Part shown: positions 56,405 through 64,000 of the stretch, one piece after another
How positions within the stretch are numbered: position 1 is the stretch's first letter
Layout of the letters: every line of letters begins with the position of its first letter
DNA from: the human T2T-CHM13v2.0 reference genome, Homo sapiens
Strand: one strand, 5' to 3'
Assembly (NCBI RefSeq): GCF_009914755.1
Contig: NC_060929.1
Length of the DNA stretch: 64,000 bases
Position numbers and translations under genes: made by a program
Notes under the pieces: generated by a model
What the model saw: only the letters and a program-made list of their open reading frames with translations
Database searches by the model: none
Told to the model about the DNA's origin: nothing

Positions 56405-57135
56405 TAAATTCTTCACAATTACATTTTTTCATTTAAGTGAGGGCAATTTAAAGAGCAAATCATTTGAAAGTTTGGATGCTACAGATGTGTATTCTGTTCA
56501 TTTTATGGTCCATTTTGAGAACCAGATAGCTTATCAGCCTAGTTTGTAAGCATGTTTATGAGTCTGGGGTTTTTAAGCTCTTCAGAGAATGTTTAGTGGA
56601 TGGTAAATTCCTTAAGAAATAGTTGGGTGATTACTTTTACTAACTGCAGGAAACTATTCCCTTAGAGGATAGGTGAGTGAAAGAGTTTCTTTGTCATGTG
56701 ATTTCTTTCTGGTACGTAAATCCTTCTGACTGTGATAATTATATTAAATATATTAAAGTAAAAATAATAGGGTTTTCTTCAGAGGAAATACATAGCTAAA
56801 TTGATATTTATGCTTTAAAAATGCAGTTTTTTAAAAAGAGAGTGTCTAAAATGTATACTAAAAGGAAAATAATGCAAGTCCACAGCTTACTCTTTTTTCT
56901 TCCTTTTAGTATAAAGTACCGTGTTAATAGAACATTTTTAAAAAGCAGTTTTTTATTTATAAAAGTAATGTCTATCATGTAAAATTTGGAAATCACAGAG
57001 AACTATATGAGAAAACTAAAATATTCTGAAATCCCATTCTTACCAGAAAACTATGTATTCAATTGTTGGAGAATTTTCTTCAAGGACTTTTTTCTATGTC
57101 TGTATATAATAAATAGACATTTTAAAGGGGGACAA

Positions 57136-57440
<305 letters not shown>

Positions 57441-58872
57441 GGGGGGGAAACAAAACTGGGATCATATTGTATATAGACTTTAGGATTCTGATACTTTACT
57501 GAATATTACATTGTGAACATTTTGCTTGCCAGTAATTATTTTTTGAAAACATTATTTTTAAGGACTGTACAGCATTCTATCACACAGATGTACAATAAAC
57601 ATTCCCCTACTGTTGGATATTTAGCCTGTTTTAATATTGAAAAGCTTTGTTTTGCTATTGTGATTCTGTAGTGAACATCAGGATGGCATTTGTGAATAAA
57701 TTTGCAGGGTCGGTGGAGCACATGCAAAGAAATGAAGAAACAAAAAAGTGGGAAGTGAGAGTCTCCTTTTAGCTACTATGATTAGGGTAGTTCCCAATTT
57801 CTCCACCTTACTCAAGAACTATTTTATTTAATAAACACTCTACTTGCATTTCAAGGTAGCTTTGTAACTAATTGAAAAAATTCAACATAAGATGTAAATT
57901 TCTGGAATGAAAGTACAATCTGTGAATTAAAATATAGAAATGAAAGACCAAATATAGTAGTCTAATTTCTTGAAATAAAACTAAGTTTAAGTGCATTTTG
58001 GTGATATTGGGGGTGATATTCATTGTAATTAAAGTGCCTAGGGTTGTTATTAATGAGCTCCATATGAAGGCACAAAGTAGGAATGCCTCAAATTACCCTA
58101 TTTAATTGGTTCTAAGAATACCTTCATTTTAATATTTTGCATTTTCTGAAATTAAGTTGTGTTTTCAATTATTGTGTACGTATGATTGATGTACTAATTA
58201 TTTCCCTAAAATCTTCACTAACTTATGTTGCACTTTACAACACCATCTTAGAAACAAAGGAATGTGGCAGTTTCCAGATGAGAGATACTTGGCATTTATT
58301 TGTGTTTCAAAGATCTTTGCTGCATGTGTATTTGGAACAGCATACAGGTACTGTATAAAGGATGTCTATATTGCATCCTGTACTGTAAGCTTTGGCCTTT
58401 TATAATAATTACATTTAAGGCTAGAGAATATCATGGCTATGTGAGAAAGAGGAAAATTTGGTGCTTGGCGTTTGAGGAGTATGCTCTGAAAACCTGCTTG
58501 GAAAGATGGCCGATGTTAGTACCAGCTAACCTTTACCCTGGTTGATTTTTATCTTTTTTTGTAACCCCATAGGACCACAAGATCTTTGCTCACTAAAAAT
58601 CAAGATGCTGTTGCTGATTCTTTATACAGCTACAGCATTACCTACTCATTTGGCAGTGGGTTTTCATTTTTTCATATTCTTCCATTTGGCTTAGAGAATG
58701 GCTTATTTGACAGTTTGGTAATTTTAGCCCATCGTTAAATCTGATTTGTTACCTTTGTGATTTGAAAAAACCAAAACAAAACCATTCAGCACTCATGGAT
58801 AAGGAAACTCATTCTTTCCTACTTTACTTTACTGTTGGTAAGGGCTGTCTTGCCTCCTCGGACTGACTGTTA

Positions 58873-59388
<516 letters not shown>

Positions 59389-60212
59389 CTAACTGTGATG
59401 TTTAGATGAAACATTTTATTTGAAAATTATTTGGGGGTCTTAGAAGGCAGGTTTGTAGGGAGCGTCTCTGTAATTTTGAGGAGGGGAAGACAGCCTGTTG
59501 GCTTTTTACCTGGTAGCCTTGTTGGCTAGAGAAATGGGATTCTTCCAGAGCCCACTTACCACACCCCTGCCTGCCGGTTCTCAGACTCTTTAGGGTTCCT
59601 GCCAATAACATCATGGTAAAATCCAGGCAGGCAAGCAAGCATTTTCTAGATACTTCGTAATGTCTTCTCCACATTTGTCTAAAAGCCACTTAAAGTTTTA
59701 GAGCTGCGTATGTATTGATTATGTTACTATACTCCCAATACAGCAATACTACTTGTTTATAGTCACTGTTAAGAAGTGAAAACCTTCCATTTCATTAAGA
59801 CTTTTGTTGTTGTTCTTGTTAATATGATTTGGCTTTTCATTGCCTAATTGATACCACAGCATGGGTTCCAAGTTTTCCAGGACACTCTTGATTGGAAATA
59901 TTCTACCTCTACAATTCCATAAATGCTTTTGGGTTTTCAGGTCATGGTATCATGGTTTTGCTTTAAAAATTGTGGTACCTGTACTTTCTGATAGCTTAAA
60001 AAAAGTTTACAAATCCGTGGTTAGAACCTTAAAGAGTGTTCTCAGTGGTCCACGTGCTACAACTGAGAGGCAATGAGGCTTTCTTACGACAAGGATTGCC
60101 ATTTGTTGTTGCTGAGCTCTGAGCACACTGGCGTGTACTTGTGTGAGTACGTGTGTGTGTGTGTATGTGCGTGTTTGTGTGTGTATGTTTGTAGCAGTGC
60201 TCTAGAGAGTGC

Positions 60213-60464
60213 TTTTTTTGAGACAGAGTCTCACTCTGTCGCCCAGGTCGGAGTGCAGTGGCATGATCTTGGCTCACTGCGACCTCTGCCTCCCAGGTTC
60301 AAGTGATTCTCATGCCTCAGCCCCCTCAGTAGCTGGGATTACAGGCCTGCACCATCACACGTGGCTAATTTTTGTACTTTTAGTAGAAAAGGGATTTCGC
60401 CATGTTGGCCAGGCTGATTGCAAACTCCTGGCCTCGAGTGATCCACCTGCCTCGGCCTCCAAAG
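60213..60464 (-). mobile_element. Alu (AluS, 5'-truncated)
   Basis: reverse dimer ending at ctcggcctccaaagt. Confidence 0.9.
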
Positions 60465-61143
60465 TATTCTTTAGGAGGTGTCCCAGACATTTCCTTTCTC
60501 ATACTAAAAATTGCTTTTTAAAAAGCAAAGCATCTAGTTTCAATGGAAAAATTACAGTGTCATATTTACCTTTAAAGAAAAATTTTGTAAAGGATAAATT
60601 ATATTATAAAGGGAAATACAGTTTTAACAATGAATTAATTCACTAGCAGTGGAGCACTAGAGTGATATGGCTTATGCCCTAAAATGATAGATCAGGACAG
60701 GCATTAGTGGGGCTTTTCTGCCTGTGAAGGTCTGGAGGTATATTCTCAACTCTGGTGGCTCTTAGGAGCCTTTGTCAGAGTCTCAGGACTTCATTCCTTC
60801 ATTTACTCACTAAGCAGGTTTTGAGCACTTGCTGAGTATTGAGGGCTCTACTCAGGCCTATGAAAGAAGTTTAAGGTCTCATCTCTGCCGTCCTGAAAGC
60901 CCGTATCTATGGAGGAGATGAGATGGTGTATTTGAAGGCATTCTCTGATGACTTGGGCGGGGGTTAGTAAAGGCTATACATATTCTTGGAAGGGGAAGAC
61001 CTTTCTGGCTTTGTGGTCAGGGAGGGTTGCAGGAACATCTGAAATCACCCTTGATGAAAGAGCCATGTTTAACCTGTAGGAAAAGGAAGAACTAGGCTCA
61101 TTTTGGCTTAAGTTGAAAGTGTTTAGGTTCAAGTTGGTAATAA

Positions 61144-61549
<406 letters not shown>

Positions 61550-62184
61550 AGGAATTTGGTTCTATTATTAATCAAGTTTACTGTGGGGAATTTTTCTTGA
61601 TGTCAAATAGGTCTCCACAAAAATTTGCAGTAGCTTGGAGCCATGTCTCTCAATGTTAGCCATGAGGAATATCCACTTGTATGCTTCGGTACCACTTTTT
61701 GAAACGGGTTAGGACAGGATTTCCAGAACTTTTACTTTGCAAATGTCTTTGTTAATCCTCCCTTACTTGATAACCTGTTCTCTAAGCAGCGTCTGCCCTC
61801 TGAATGTCGACGGACTGGCGTCAGCAATGACAGAGACCAAGCTGGGGGCATCCCCTTTGCCCCTGTTTCCTCTGCTCCCAGCATCTGCTCAAGTCAATAC
61901 CAACATGTTGGGATCTCTGCTGTGGCAACTGCAGGACACTGAATGGTGGACTCTCCATCTGGGAGTCTCAGTTGCTAGGTCTCGTCCCTTGCAGCCACCT
62001 GCTCTCATTGCGATGACTTGGGCTCTCTGCATGGTTGTGGGGCTCACTGGGATCTGGTGAAACTGATGGCAGCAGCCCTGCCCACCCTAAGGGCAGCTGC
62101 TCTTCATCCTGAGGATGTCTCTATCTGAGGGCATTTGGGTGCAAAGCCACAACCCTGGGCAGCCCGCCCTAGGCAAACAGTGCT

Positions 62185-62284
62185 ATTTAAGTACCTACAG
62201 AATATCTTTGATTTTGCCTCTGGGTCTGCAGGGCCTAAAATATTTACTATCTGGCCCTTTACGGAAAACATTTGCCAACCTCTG
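62185..62284. mobile_element. MER58-like hAT-Charlie fragment
   Basis: gcctaaaatatttactatctggccctttacggaaaacatttgccaacctctg. Confidence 0.7.
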
Positions 62285-62290
62285 CTTTAC

Positions 62291-62624
62291 ATCTGCACTG
62301 TTCATTATGGTAGCCACTGGCCACGTGTGGCTTTTGAGCACTTGAAATGTGACTAGTCCAAAATGAGATGTGCTTTGTGTATACTTACACATGCTGGAAT
62401 TCGAAGGCTTGGTACCAAAAACCCATAAAAGAGCTCAATAAATTTTTTATTTGATTACATGTTGAATGAATATTTTGGATATACTGGGTGAAATAAAATG
62501 TATTATTAAAGTTAATTTTACTTATTTCTCTTTACTTCTTTTTCATGTGGCCACTAGCAAATTCAAAATTACGTGCATGGCTTACATTTGTGGTGCGTAT
62601 TATATTTCTGTTGTCCAGTGCTGA
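62291..62624. mobile_element. MER33 hAT-Charlie MITE
   Basis: atggtagccactggccacgtgtggct...cacttgaaatgtgactagtcc...atgtggccactag...atatttctgttgtccagtgctg; ~330 bp. Confidence 0.8.
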
Positions 62625-62693
62625 TCTATAATATAGCATCCAAGTTTATTGTCTACAGACTTCTGTTTTCATGGAGCCTCTTGAATAAACTGA

Positions 62694-63002
<309 letters not shown>

Positions 63003-63564
63003 TCGTGTTTCTTGTGGTACAAGTTTAGCAAACATGACTGATCCCCAACATGTTTTAGGTTAGGGTTTGTGTTTTGTTGACACCTAAGCTATAATTTAAT
63101 TGATGTAAACTCTTACTTTTAAATAAAGATTATACTTTCCTTTGTGTTTTCTAGATCCAGATGTTTATTATGCTCTGTTTTATTTTAAATCAGGTATTCC
63201 TTTGTTATTCTTCTATCATATGTGTTCTTAAAAATCTATGAGGTATACATTTTCTGTGATGTAAAAATTATGATCTTATCATGTCTAATCTTTGATCCAG
63301 CAACTCTACTTCTAGGATTATGACCTAAGGAAACACTTGTATTAATGTGCCAAGGTGTGTGTATAATAAGTAGGCTCATTAGAATGTTGTCATTAATAAT
63401 GAAAAATTGAATACAACCTCAATGCCCGACTATAAAGATTGAGTACTTAAACTATGGATTATCCACATAATTGTATTTTCAATGTAAATGATGGTAATGA
63501 GTTATTAGAGAGTCTCTATAGAGGATCAATATTTTAAAGATAAATGTATGAATTTGTACTTTTA

Positions 63565-63969
<405 letters not shown>

Positions 63970-64000
63970 TCATGCTTATTTATATGGTCTATTTTTCTGT

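Overview
Hominid genomic DNA, most likely human, containing the 5' end of RASGRF2 on the + strand. The only supportable protein-coding sequence is RASGRF2 coding exon 1 (39371-39658; 96 codons, start of the N-terminal PH domain, CAG|GTACCG donor). It sits in a CpG island (~38760-39800) preceded by a ~640-bp TG-rich tract. Intron 1 runs from 39659 to the end of the window, and I found no second coding exon. The rest is interspersed repeats: about 35 Alus, L1, L2, MIR and L3 fragments, solo LTRs (MaLR, MER41A, LTR33, MER21), an ERVL-class pol remnant, DNA-transposon MITEs and one SVA. Almost all other ORFs in the track are repeat-derived or chance. I see no evidence for a wholly new biological system. 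The most noteworthy observations are (i) a 5'-truncated SVA with a mutated poly(A) signal and a 76-bp 3' transduction carrying its own AATAAA, all inside a 16-bp TSD; (ii) a 6-codon strong-Kozak uORF 37 nt upstream of the RASGRF2 start codon; (iii) a target site hit twice by Alus, including a three-arm Alu; and (iv) AG|GT recursive-splice-like motifs in intron 1. Repeat family and subfamily calls and most repeat boundaries are by eye from remembered consensus sequences and are approximate.
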